This document shows, in pieces, positions 8,667 to 20,664 of a stretch of DNA of 64,000 nucleotides (position 1 is the stretch's first letter; each line of letters begins with the position of its first letter). The translations under genes were made by a program, and so were the position numbers. The notes beneath the pieces are model-generated. The model ran no database searches and had not been told where the DNA came from. It saw nothing but the letters and a program-made list of their open reading frames with translations. This DNA comes from Pirellulales bacterium (GTDB taxonomy: Bacteria > Planctomycetota > Planctomycetia > Pirellulales > JAICIG01). The stretch spans positions 32,001 through 96,000 of the forward strand of contig JBBDYJ010000013.1 of assembly GCA_040901675.1 (NCBI GenBank), in the 5' to 3' direction.

Positions 8667-10520
8667 ATGTTCCACGAGCGAACATGGCTGAGGCGGCGCA
8701 AGCCGGCCAGACAATCCAGCGCCCAGGCTGGCGCGGGCCGCGGCTACCGCCCGCGCATCGAGCGACTCGAAGACCGGCTGCTGTTGTCGGTCAGCGCCGA
8801 GGAACAGCACTTCGTCTATCTGCTCAATCGGGCTCGTCACGACCCAGTGGCTTATCAACTCGAAGCCGGACTGTCGGTCGATCTTTCCGGCGTTGCGCCG
8901 CGGCCCCCACTGGCCGTGAACAACGACCTGTTCGACTCGGCCGAGTTCCATGCCACGGAGATGGCCACGTTCAACTATTTCGACCATCAGAGCCATGTCA
9001 CCGGCGACTGGCCCAACAAGATGGCGCGCGACCAGGGGTACGTGCTGCCCGCCTTCTGGTCCGATACGGCCAATTTCATCGAGTCGCTGGCGGCCGGCAC
9101 CTTTTATTCCAGCGCGGATCAGCCGCTCGATGCCTTGATCGTCGACCAGGGCATTTCGCCGCCCGGCCACCGCGAACACTTGCTGGGGATCACGAGCTTC
9201 GACGCCGAGAACCGCGAGATCGGCGTCGGGCATGCCTTCAACGCGGGCGCGACGTACCGCAACTATTGGGCAATCCATGCCACGCGGAGCGATCCGGCCG
9301 ATTCGTTCCTGACGGGCGTGGTATTCAACGACGCCAACGGCAACGGCCGCTACGACGTGAACGAGGGGTTGGGACAGGTGACCATCGTCGCCGGGCCTTA
9401 CGGCACGGTCACGAACGATGCGGGAGGCTGGTCGATTCGAGCGGCGGCCGGCACGTACACCGTGACCGCCTCGGGAGCTTCGTTCGCTGGCATCGCCAGC
9501 GCGGTGGCCACCGTGACCGGCAACGTCGAGGTCGACTTCATGTCCGGGCAGGCCCTGGGAATCGTGGACTTCGAAACTCTCTTGCCCGGTGCGCCCACCG
9601 CCAACGCGGACATGTATGTTCTCGGCGGGACGGGCTCGAACACGGCAGCCATAGCCGAGGGCCTGTTGACGAACGACACCGACGCCCAGGGCGATCCGCT
9701 GACCGCCGTGCTCGTGACCGCCCCGACGCGCGGCACGCTGTCGCTGGCTGCCGACGGCTCCTTCGCTTACACGCCCGGATCGACCTTCCGAGGGCTGGAC
9801 CGCTTCAGTTACCGGGCGCACGACGGCATAGCCGGAGGCAACGCCGCCTTGGTGACGATCGTTTCCTACGAGGCCAGCCTGGTCCGCAAGCTCTATCAGC
9901 AGGTGCTGGCCCGCGATCCGGAGGACTCGGGACTCGTATACTGGACAGGCCGCATCCTGGCCGGCGACGGGTACGGCCGCGTTGCCGAGGGAATCTTCGA
10001 GAGCAACGAGCGGCTGAATCCGATCATCGCCCAGTTCTATCGCGACTACCTGCTGCGGGAGCCCGACGCGGCCGGGTTGTCCTGGTGGCGCGACCAGGTC
10101 TGGAAGCGTGACGGCGGGCCCGAAAACGTGGTCGCCGGCATGATCGGCTCGGCCGAGTTCTTCCAGTCGGCGGGCGGCACCAGCGGCCTGTGGGTGGCCG
10201 AGCTGTATCGCAGGCTGTTGGGCCGCGAGCCGGAGCCCGCCGGCGCACAGTTCTGGGAAGACGAGCTGAATGACGGCCGCCGCACGCGCGAGCAGGTGGT
10301 GTTGGGCTTCGTGCAGAGCGACGAGAATTTTGCGAACCTGATCGCGGCCTGGCACCAGCAGTACCTGGGCCGATTGCCGTCGTCGAGCGAGCTGACGACG
10401 CTGGTCGGCCGGATGCGCGACGGCGCATCGCACCGTGCGATCCAGATCGGCCTCATCGACAGCGTCGAGTACCGCGGCACTCCAGCGCCTCCCCCTTCCG
10501 GCGCGGCCCGCCGGCTATAA
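8667..10520 (+). CDS. Extracellular protein: planctomycete N-terminal motif, CAP/SCP domain, Ig-like domain, DUF4214-like repeats
   Basis: RPRIERLEDRLLL motif, YLLNRAR...GHREHLL (CAP), LLTNDTDAQGDPL...DGSFAYTP (Ig-like), LYQQVLARDPEDSGLVYW-type repeats. Confidence 0.8.
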   Translation: MFHERTWLRRRKPARQSSAQAGAGRGYRPRIERLEDRLLLSVSAEEQHFVYLLNRARHDPVAYQLEAGLSVDLSGVAPRPPLAVNNDLFDSAEFHATEMATFNYFDHQSHVTGDWPNKMARDQGYVLPAFWSDTANFIESLAAGTFYSSADQPLDALIVDQGISPPGHREHLLGITSFDAENREIGVGHAFNAGATYRNYWAIHATRSDPADSFLTGVVFNDANGNGRYDVNEGLGQVTIVAGPYGTVTNDAGGWSIRAAAGTYTVTASGASFAGIASAVATVTGNVEVDFMSGQALGIVDFETLLPGAPTANADMYVLGGTGSNTAAIAEGLLTNDTDAQGDPLTAVLVTAPTRGTLSLAADGSFAYTPGSTFRGLDRFSYRAHDGIAGGNAALVTIVSYEASLVRKLYQQVLARDPEDSGLVYWTGRILAGDGYGRVAEGIFESNERLNPIIAQFYRDYLLREPDAAGLSWWRDQVWKRDGGPENVVAGMIGSAEFFQSAGGTSGLWVAELYRRLLGREPEPAGAQFWEDELNDGRRTREQVVLGFVQSDENFANLIAAWHQQYLGRLPSSSELTTLVGRMRDGASHRAIQIGLIDSVEYRGTPAPPPSGAARRL

Positions 10521-10552
10521 GCGATCGGCCGAAAAACACTTCCTCAGGTCGC

Positions 10553-10643
10553 ACTGGGGCACGCTTATCGCTTTGCCCCAGCCACCCAGCTCGCTCGAAT
10601 CTATCCGAAGTTATTTTTCGGTCGTTCCCGAGCGTGCCCCAGT
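10553..10643. repeat. REP doublet (REPIN-like) bounded by 13-bp inverted repeats
   Basis: ACTGGGGCACGCT (10553) ... AGCGTGCCCCAGT (10631-10643). The full palindrome unit spans 10554-10587. Confidence 0.8.
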
Positions 10644-10696
10644 CTCGCCCCTTGATCATTGGCGGCTTTACGCTGCAAGGCTGCAAACGAGTGCGC

Positions 10697-10733
10697 AAAA
10701 AAGCCCCCGCCTGGTCTTGGACCGGGCGGGGGC
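10697..10733 (-). terminator. Rho-independent terminator of the rRNA transcript
   Basis: GC-rich hairpin gcccccgcctggtc/gaccgggcgggggc with an A6 run on + (U6 on -), directly after the 5S gene. Confidence 0.85.
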
Positions 10734-10743
10734 GTGGAAAAAA

Positions 10744-10850
10744 TCCGGCAACACCTACTCTCGCACTTTTGGTACTACCATCGGCTCTGAAAGCTTAACT
10801 GCCGTGTTCGGAATGGGAACGGGTGTGGCCTTTCAGATATGGTCACCGGA
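10744..10850 (-). rRNA. rrf: 5S rRNA
   Basis: Reverse complement of 5S motifs (CCCGTTCCCATTCCGAACACGG, CCGATGGTAGT, GAGAGTAGGT). Confidence 0.95.
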
Positions 10851-10995
10851 AAGGCGCCGGGCGGGCGTTGGTTAAAACCCGCACGGCGGTGGTTGACAGC
10901 AAGGTGGCATCCAGGCACATTCGCACCCCACTCCGCCTTGGCGCGATGGCTGGCCGGGTGGCCGGGCCAGCGCGCAGGGAGAGCGTTGGATTAAT

Positions 10996-13931
<2,936 letters not shown>

Positions 13932-14316
13932 ATTAATCTAAAGCTCTCCCCCCCAACCCGGAAAACCGCCTCTCGCGAGACGCCCCCCAGGCAAGGGTTC
14001 TTTCTTCAGAGTGGTCGCCACTACGATCACCGCCCCAGCCGCCCGCCGTGAAGCGGACCAGCCAAAGCCGGCGATCGAGTAACGTTTTTTGATCCTCGGT
14101 TCTCGCCTGACGCGCCAAAGCCGAAAGTGCGGGAAGCGATGCTCCCCAACCCCCGTCTTCGACAGCCAGGCCGACCGTGTACTAAGTGCCGTGAGAACCA
14201 ACCGCCAGCCCTTGCGCGCCCAGGCCCGGAGAGTGCCCCACGAGGGAGACGCACCGAGTCGGGACACCCGCAGACCAAACGGCTGCTTCTATCAGATGCC
14301 ACTCTTGCTACAACCA

Positions 14317-14330
14317 AATTGTCAAAGATC
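14317..14330 (-). promoter_or_regulatory. boxA-like antitermination element in the 23S leader
   Basis: Minus strand GATCTTTGACAATT resembles boxA TGCTCTTTAACA and is adjacent to the processing-stem arm. Confidence 0.65.
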
Positions 14331-14578
14331 GTTCAGCCCGACAGTCGGGCCTTCCGGCCCTCAGGGCCGGCCGCCGGGTAGGCAGAGGTCGAGTTCGCCG
14401 CAACCGTACCCGAAACCCTTACTACGGATCTCGCCACGGGTTGGTTCGCCGAACGCGTCCTCCGCTCACCCCCCTCAAGAGCTATTCTTCCGCCCCCACC
14501 TTCCGGCCAGCTCCGCGTGCCGCTTGCCTCGTTCGAGGCTGGCCTTGCCTTTTCGCCGCCCCGGGGGCGAAAAGTCCA

Positions 14579-14607
14579 AATATAGGGTTCGTGCCCCTGC
14601 TAGTAAA
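14579..14607 (-). promoter_or_regulatory. Putative sigma70-type promoter for 23S-5S
   Basis: Minus strand TTTACT-N17-TATATT, upstream of boxA and downstream of the tRNAs. Confidence 0.55.
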
Positions 14608-14898
14608 GCCTTGCCTCCGCTTTTTTCCTGTCGCGGTCCTCGATGGGGACCCTTGGACGGCGCCGGAGGGTCCGCACCAGCCCGCCCATGGACTTTCGGA
14701 GAACGCCTCCCGGTGGAGAAAGGTGCTTCGGGTCTTGCCCGGATCCACCAAACCCCGGCTGGCTAAACGAGCCGATCGTGCCGGGCAGGAAACGTCAAAC
14801 GAAATAATATCGCTCTGCAGTATCGGGACAAGGCCTCCTGGGACCGCTATCGATGAATCTTCGGTTTCCTTTCCTGGCCCAGTTTCTACCAGGAGCAA

Positions 14899-14976
<78 letters not shown>

Positions 14977-14977
14977 A

Positions 14978-15019
14978 CAGAGGTCGGAGGTCAGAAGTCA
15001 GGGGTCGGAGGTCAGAAGG
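14978..15019. repeat. Heptamer tandem array (GAGGTCA/GAGGTCG)n between the tRNAs
   Basis: cagaggtcggaggtcagaagtcaggggtcggaggtcagaagg. The same family occurs inverted at 55294-55337. Confidence 0.75.
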
Positions 15020-15119
15020 CACGTGCCAAGGGCCAGGGGATGTCCGCCTGCGGCGAACTTCCTCCTTTTGCCTTCCGTCCTCCCCTGCCCCGCTCCCCTC
15101 TTCCCCCCTTCCTCAACAG

Positions 15120-15193
15120 TGGGCGCACCAAGATTCGAACTTGGGACCTCGGCCTTATCAGGGCCGCGCTCTAACCAACTGAGCTATGCGCCC
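15120..15193 (-). tRNA. tRNA-Ile(GAT)
   Basis: GGGCGCATAGCTCAGTTGGTTAGAGCGCGGCCCTGATAAGGCCGAGGTCCCAAGTTCGAATCTTGGTGCGCCCA cloverleaf. Confidence 0.97.
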
Positions 15194-15275
15194 GCCGCCG
15201 GCCGCTCGGAGCAGCGGGCCGCCTTGGGCAGTCCAACATAATCATTTCGGCGATGCAAGCCTCGCGGAGCAAGGC

Positions 15276-15303
15276 ATTTTATGGCCCCCCCGCCAGGTGT
15301 CAA
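15276..15303 (-). promoter_or_regulatory. Putative sigma70 promoter upstream of tRNA-Ile
   Basis: Minus strand TTGACA-N16-TAAAAT. Confidence 0.7.
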
Positions 15304-15488
15304 ACGACGCGTGCGGCACGGCAGCCGGGCCCAAATCGCCGCACCAGCCAGTCAAACCGCAGCCCAGCCTGCGGGCGAGCGCTGTCAAGATGGGCAAACG
15401 CACGGCCATTCGGGTATGGGCCGGTTTGCTGGCAAAGCTGTATTCAAGATTCAAGAATCTGGCCCAGGAGCCCAGGCGAGATTGCCGG

Positions 15489-16268
15489 CTATTCGAGCAA
15501 ACGCCGCGCGTTCTCGTGGCGGATGGCACGGACCACGCCTGCGGGCAACGCTGTTTCGCGGAGCTTGAGCTGGGCCGACTCGAGGTAGAAGAGCGGGAAG
15601 TGCGAGCCGAACAAGACCCGATCCTGCCCCACTTGCTGAACCAGCGAGGCCATGCGGTCCACGCCTTCGAGGGTGGCGATATCGAAATAGACCCGCCCCG
15701 CGGCCGCCAGCCGCGATGCGTCGTCGAGCGACATGGTGCGGAAAGCGTTGAGCAGAACAAGCCGCAGCACGGGGAGCTGCCGCACGAGCTCGATGAGCGG
15801 GCCAAGATCCACCGCCGGCACGCGGAATACGGGATGCTGCGTTCGCTCGTCTTCCATCGTCACTACCAGTTGCACCACCAGCCCGCGCTGGGCGGCCTGC
15901 GCCAGCAGGCTGGCAAAACGGGCGTCGTCGAGACGGTAGCCGTGGAAGCCCGGGTGCAAACGAATTCCAGCGGAGCCGTGCTCCTCGTGACAGCGGCGCA
16001 GGTCGTCCTCCCAGTCAGGCAGGGCCGGGTTCACCGTGCCAAAGGCCAGCAGACGGTCGTTTGCCGCGGCACGGCATTCCTCGGCCAACCGCAAGTTGAC
16101 CCCAGCGACGTCACGCTGAAAGAGCCCCTCCAGCGCCCCGACCCAGGCCTGGCTGATCGCGGCCTCTTCGAGCCGCCCGGCCAGCGCCTGGGCCGCGTCG
16201 CCAGGGAGGCGACGAAACGGCCAGCGGCCGATGTAAACGTTCGCGTCGATCGTCGATTGGTCTGCCAT
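15489..16268 (-). CDS. Amidohydrolase_2-family metal-dependent hydrolase
   Basis: IDANVYIG N-terminus (degenerate HxH), GIRLHPGFH, RVLFGSHFP. Confidence 0.85.
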   Translation of the reverse strand: MADQSTIDANVYIGRWPFRRLPGDAAQALAGRLEEAAISQAWVGALEGLFQRDVAGVNLRLAEECRAAANDRLLAFGTVNPALPDWEDDLRRCHEEHGSAGIRLHPGFHGYRLDDARFASLLAQAAQRGLVVQLVVTMEDERTQHPVFRVPAVDLGPLIELVRQLPVLRLVLLNAFRTMSLDDASRLAAAGRVYFDIATLEGVDRMASLVQQVGQDRVLFGSHFPLFYLESAQLKLRETALPAGVVRAIRHENARRLLE

Positions 16269-16290
16269 GAGTCGTAAAAGCCGTCAGGCG

Positions 16291-17094
16291 CTACTCGATC
16301 GGGACGCCCTTGGCTTCCATGATGGGCCGCAACAACCGCCGCAGGTTCTCGCCGAGCACAAGCCGCCGGTCGGCCTCCGATACGTCGGCTCCGAGCACTT
16401 TGGCCAACTGCGAGCCGAAGCTGCGGCCGGGCGCATCGCTGCCGTACAGGATGCGCCGGGGGCCCAGCTCGCGCACGGCCATCTCCAGAAAGCCGGTCGT
16501 GGGGTCGAAGCCGGCCGTCTCCACCGCGATGTTGGGAGTGCCGCGGACCGCGCGGATGCCAAGCTCCCACGTGCCGCCGGCATGGCCGCACACAAAGTTG
16601 GCCTGAGGATGCCGCCGCGCCAGGGCCGCCAGGTCCAACGGCGTCGATTCGCCGGCGAACTGCGTGCCGTCGGTCTTGAACCAGGTGTGCTGAAAGATCA
16701 AGGCCCGCAACTCGGCGGCGCGCTCGGCGATGGCGTCGAGGGCCGCCGCGCTGGCTTTGCCGGCAACCCAGAGCTTGATTCCGACCATGGGGCCGCCGGC
16801 GATGCAGCGGTTGATCTCGCCGAGGCTCGCCTCGACGTGCTCGCCGCTCACGTAGCAGAAGCCGACCGCCCGGTCGTGGTAGTGGGCCAGCGCGGCCAGC
16901 ACCTCGTCGTTCTGCCGCACGAGCTCATCGGGCGTTGGCCGCTGCGACAAGCTCATGCCCATGTAGACGCAGATCCGCTCGATCCCCAAGCGGTCGGCAT
17001 AGCGCAACAGGGCCGTCATCCGCTCCTCGGGAGTGCGCCCCGGCACGCCCGACAAGTGGCAGTGCAAGTCCCAGATTCTCAAGGGTCCGGCCAT
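16291..17094 (-). CDS. Amidohydrolase_2-family metal-dependent hydrolase
   Basis: WDLHCH, VGIKLW, CGHAGG, RILYGSDAP. Confidence 0.88.
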   Translation of the reverse strand: MAGPLRIWDLHCHLSGVPGRTPEERMTALLRYADRLGIERICVYMGMSLSQRPTPDELVRQNDEVLAALAHYHDRAVGFCYVSGEHVEASLGEINRCIAGGPMVGIKLWVAGKASAAALDAIAERAAELRALIFQHTWFKTDGTQFAGESTPLDLAALARRHPQANFVCGHAGGTWELGIRAVRGTPNIAVETAGFDPTTGFLEMAVRELGPRRILYGSDAPGRSFGSQLAKVLGADVSEADRRLVLGENLRRLLRPIMEAKGVPIE

Positions 17095-17095
17095 G

Positions 17096-20000
17096 TCAGG
17101 CGCGCCGCAGAAGAAATGTCAACAGGTCGGCCATGTCTTGAACAGTCAGCTCCTTCTCGGCCCCCTCGGGCATGATCGACTTGCCGGTGGACGACAGCGC
17201 GTCGATGTCGCGGCGGAGCACCGTCTCCTCGATCCCTTCGGCTCGCCGCAACGTGATGCTGCCGGGCGTCTCGGCCGCGACAATTCCCGTGGTTACGCGG
17301 CCGTCGGTCAGGACGACAACATATTCCAGGTAGTTGGGCGCCACCTCGCGGTTCGGATCGAGCACGTGCAACAACACCTCGTCCGCGGAACGGCGGTGGA
17401 TGGTTTCCAGCGGTGGCCCGACGTCGTGACCCTGGCCGCGCAGTCGATGGCAGTTCCGGCAGGCGCGCCGGTAGACCTGCCCGCCGCGCTCGTAGTCCGC
17501 CGCCAGCTCCAGCGCCTGGCGGTACTGCCGCACCACGTCTTGCCGCGAGCCGAGCACCCCGCTGAACAGGGCCAAGGCCCGCTCGCGGACCAGCGGGTCG
17601 CCGCTGCGCATCAGCAGACCTCGCCGGGCGTGCGGGATGTCGGCCGGCGGCAACGTGCGATCCTCCAGGGCGTCGAGCACCGCCCCGCCCCACTGGCTCC
17701 GCGAGAGTAACCGCTCGACAACCTCGGCGCGGACCACTGGCGTCAGTCCGCGATAGGCGGCCAGCAGCACTCCAGGCACTTCAGGGCGCACGTGCCGCGT
17801 CAGCGCCTGCACCGCCGCGAGCTGGACCTCGCCCGGTTGGCGGGGATCCAGCAGGCGGGTCGCGGCGTGCCGCACATCTTCGAACGGCCCCTGGCCGATC
17901 AGCGCGATGGCCTGCACGCGCTCGGCCGCCACAGCCGACTCGTCAACTGCCAGCAGCGCGGCCTCGCGCACCAGGCCGGCGATCCACCCGGCGGCTGCCG
18001 GCTCCACGTGGCCCGCCCGGTCGGACAACGGCGTGCCGTGCCGCGCCAGCCCCTCACTGAGCCCCAGCACCACTTCCCGCCGTGCCAGCGGCACCCAATC
18101 CGGTGCCGGCGGGTCGCCAGGCGCGACCGCCACCAGAACTCGGCTCAGCTCCTCCGCCTGGTTGCGGGCGCCGACGAAAAAGGCCAGCGATCGCAGCAGC
18201 GGCATCGTGGCGGCCTCCTGCCGGCCGCGGTCCAACAGCGACGTCAACAGGTCGGCTGCGATTCGGTCCGGCGAGCTGAGCACTGCCGTGCGCAGCCAGT
18301 GATCGCCGCCGTCGCGCCAGGCGATTTCGGCAATGGCGGCCGTGGCCCGGTTGTCGCCCAGCTCGCCCAAAGTCAACGCCACCTGGCCGCGGACCCGGAT
18401 GTCCCGGTCCCCGGCCAGGGTAAGGACCTTGTCGCGCAGCAACGAGGAGCTCGCCAAGAGCGGTTCCGCCAGGCGCACCGCGTGCTCGCGCACGCCGCCG
18501 GCCGGATCAGCCAGCGCGGCGGCCAGATCGCGCTCGTCCAGCATGCCGAGCCCTTCGAGCGACCAGAGCGCGTGCAGCCGGCCGAGAGCCGCGACGTCGG
18601 CTCCGTTTTCCGCCGCGGATGACCGTTTGCGCAGCAACTCGCGCAGCAGCGGCGCGGCCGAAGCATCCTGGCGTTCGTACAGCAACCGCTGGGCCGTCTC
18701 GCGCCACCAGGCGCTGGGGTTTTCGAGGCAGGCCACGAGCTCGGCGATGTCCGCCTGGCCCAAACGCGGCGGCGGGGGCGGCTGGAAGCCAGGCGGCGTC
18801 AAGCGGTAGATCCGCCCCCGGTCGCGGCCGCTCTCCAGGTCGAGCCGCGCCCTGATGTCGTCGGGGATCGACCAGGGGTGCTCGATCGTCTCGCGGTACA
18901 TGTCCAGCACGTGGAGCGTTCCGTCGGGAGCGTTGACGAAGTTGACCGGCCTGAACCAGTTGTCGGTCGACGTGACGAACTCGGTCCCCTCGTCAGCACG
19001 CGCGGCGCGGAATGTCAGGCCGTCTGCCGTGAGCCGCTGGCGGTGGACCAGGTTGCCAGCCACCTCACCCACAAACGCCTGGCCACGGTATTGCCGCGGG
19101 TAGGCCGCCCCGCGGTAAATCGTGATGCCGCAGGCCGAGGTGACGTAGCCGGTCGGCGACGATTCGCTGCGCGGCGACGCGCTGGCCAGGTCGGCGGCCA
19201 GCCGGTGTGCGTTGATGACGCGCCACGGCTCGGGCGGGCTGGCGCGGAAGATGGGCAGCGTGTCGCCGGCGTCGGCCGCGTCGAACAAGGGCGAGGCGAT
19301 GCTCAACAGCGGGTTGCGTGCCAGGTAGCGGTCTTCGATCACCGCATGCCGGACCGGGTTGCGGATGTTCGAGATGAAGCGGTTGCCCCAATCGTCGAAG
19401 GCGTTGCCGAAGCGGGCGCCGCCGGAAATCAGCTCGAACTGTTCGGTTCGCGGATCGAAACGGAAGTCGTGGGCGGCCATGCGGACCGGCGAGCCCTGGC
19501 CGTCGGCCACGCGGCGGATCTCGCCCCCATTGGTGCCCCCGGCGCCATATAGGCGATGGTCGAGGCCCCAGCGGAGGTTGTTCATCACGGCCTGGACGTT
19601 GAACTTGTGAAAACCGGTGAATACCTTGCGCCGCTCATCGGCCCGGCCGTCGCCGTCAGTGTCGCGCAGGTACCAGATGTCCGGCGTGGCGGCCACGTAG
19701 ACGCCTCCTTGCCACAGGGCGAGTCCGGTCGGCCAGGAGAGCCCGTCGGCGAAGATCGTGCTGGCATCGAAGACGCCGTCGCCGTCCTTATCCTCGAGCA
19801 GTCGCAGGCGGCCCAGGGGCAGGTCGGTCGTGCGCTCGACGAAAGGGCGGTCGGTCGACTTGTCGGTGTACGGGTAGTCGCTCATCTCGACGACCCAGGC
19901 CCGGCCGTTCTCGTCGTATTCCATGGCCACCGGATCGGTGACCAGCGGCTCGGCCGCCAAGAGGTCCATGCGGAAGCCGTCCCGCGTCTGGAACGCGGCC

Positions 20001-20206
20001 AGCGCGTCGGCCGGTTCCTTGGGCGCAATCCGCAGGCAGGCTGGACGGCTCTGGGCGGGTGGCGAAGGCGGCCCGTCGCTTTGGTCGGGGGATCCGCCGG
20101 CCGGCTGATCTTGCGGAGCATCCGCGGCGGGACAGGGTACCAACAGCGATAGCGCAAGAGCCGCGCCGACCAAACATCTGAGCGAGCTCGTTTGGCGGAG
20201 CGGCAT
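17096..20206 (-). CDS. PVC-type heme-binding CxxCH protein (beta-propeller dehydrogenase-like, HEAT repeats, cytochrome c)
   Basis: Signal peptide, AAEPLVTDPVAMEYDENGR, WFRPVNFVNAPDG, HEAT-like region, CRNCH, SIMPEG distal Met. Start set at ATG 20206. Confidence 0.92.
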   Translation of the reverse strand: MPLRQTSSLRCLVGAALALSLLVPCPAADAPQDQPAGGSPDQSDGPPSPPAQSRPACLRIAPKEPADALAAFQTRDGFRMDLLAAEPLVTDPVAMEYDENGRAWVVEMSDYPYTDKSTDRPFVERTTDLPLGRLRLLEDKDGDGVFDASTIFADGLSWPTGLALWQGGVYVAATPDIWYLRDTDGDGRADERRKVFTGFHKFNVQAVMNNLRWGLDHRLYGAGGTNGGEIRRVADGQGSPVRMAAHDFRFDPRTEQFELISGGARFGNAFDDWGNRFISNIRNPVRHAVIEDRYLARNPLLSIASPLFDAADAGDTLPIFRASPPEPWRVINAHRLAADLASASPRSESSPTGYVTSACGITIYRGAAYPRQYRGQAFVGEVAGNLVHRQRLTADGLTFRAARADEGTEFVTSTDNWFRPVNFVNAPDGTLHVLDMYRETIEHPWSIPDDIRARLDLESGRDRGRIYRLTPPGFQPPPPPRLGQADIAELVACLENPSAWWRETAQRLLYERQDASAAPLLRELLRKRSSAAENGADVAALGRLHALWSLEGLGMLDERDLAAALADPAGGVREHAVRLAEPLLASSSLLRDKVLTLAGDRDIRVRGQVALTLGELGDNRATAAIAEIAWRDGGDHWLRTAVLSSPDRIAADLLTSLLDRGRQEAATMPLLRSLAFFVGARNQAEELSRVLVAVAPGDPPAPDWVPLARREVVLGLSEGLARHGTPLSDRAGHVEPAAAGWIAGLVREAALLAVDESAVAAERVQAIALIGQGPFEDVRHAATRLLDPRQPGEVQLAAVQALTRHVRPEVPGVLLAAYRGLTPVVRAEVVERLLSRSQWGGAVLDALEDRTLPPADIPHARRGLLMRSGDPLVRERALALFSGVLGSRQDVVRQYRQALELAADYERGGQVYRRACRNCHRLRGQGHDVGPPLETIHRRSADEVLLHVLDPNREVAPNYLEYVVVLTDGRVTTGIVAAETPGSITLRRAEGIEETVLRRDIDALSSTGKSIMPEGAEKELTVQDMADLLTFLLRRA

Positions 20207-20664
20207 AGGCGCGCCTTTCGGGCGATTCGCAGCGTTGGGCCGGCGGCAAGCCATTCCGGCAGAAGGGGCAAAACGATTCTGACCCCCCGCCGCGGCTGCG
20301 TCAAACGACCGGGCGGACCGCAGAAGCTTGGACGCTACGGAGGAACCACCAAGAACTCTAAGGACACGAAGACGAAGGAGAGGATTGCCACAAAAACGGG
20401 AAGAGACACAAGAAGAAGAGGGAAGCTTCCAGATGGACGACGGACGAGGAGGAGCTCTCGCCAAGGCACCAAGGCGAGAAGACGATCCCTGGGGTTGCTC
20501 GCTTCGTACAATGCGGTGGTGCTCTCAACTGCCCGACGCTACAAACGGAAAACCTTCCGCGATCCGTTCATGTTGCCCCGCCCGCCAGGCCGAAAAACAT
20601 GCAGCGGCCGGACTTCCCGCGGGGCGGCCAGGCAGCCTGGGTAAATAAGGAAAGGAATCGTTCG

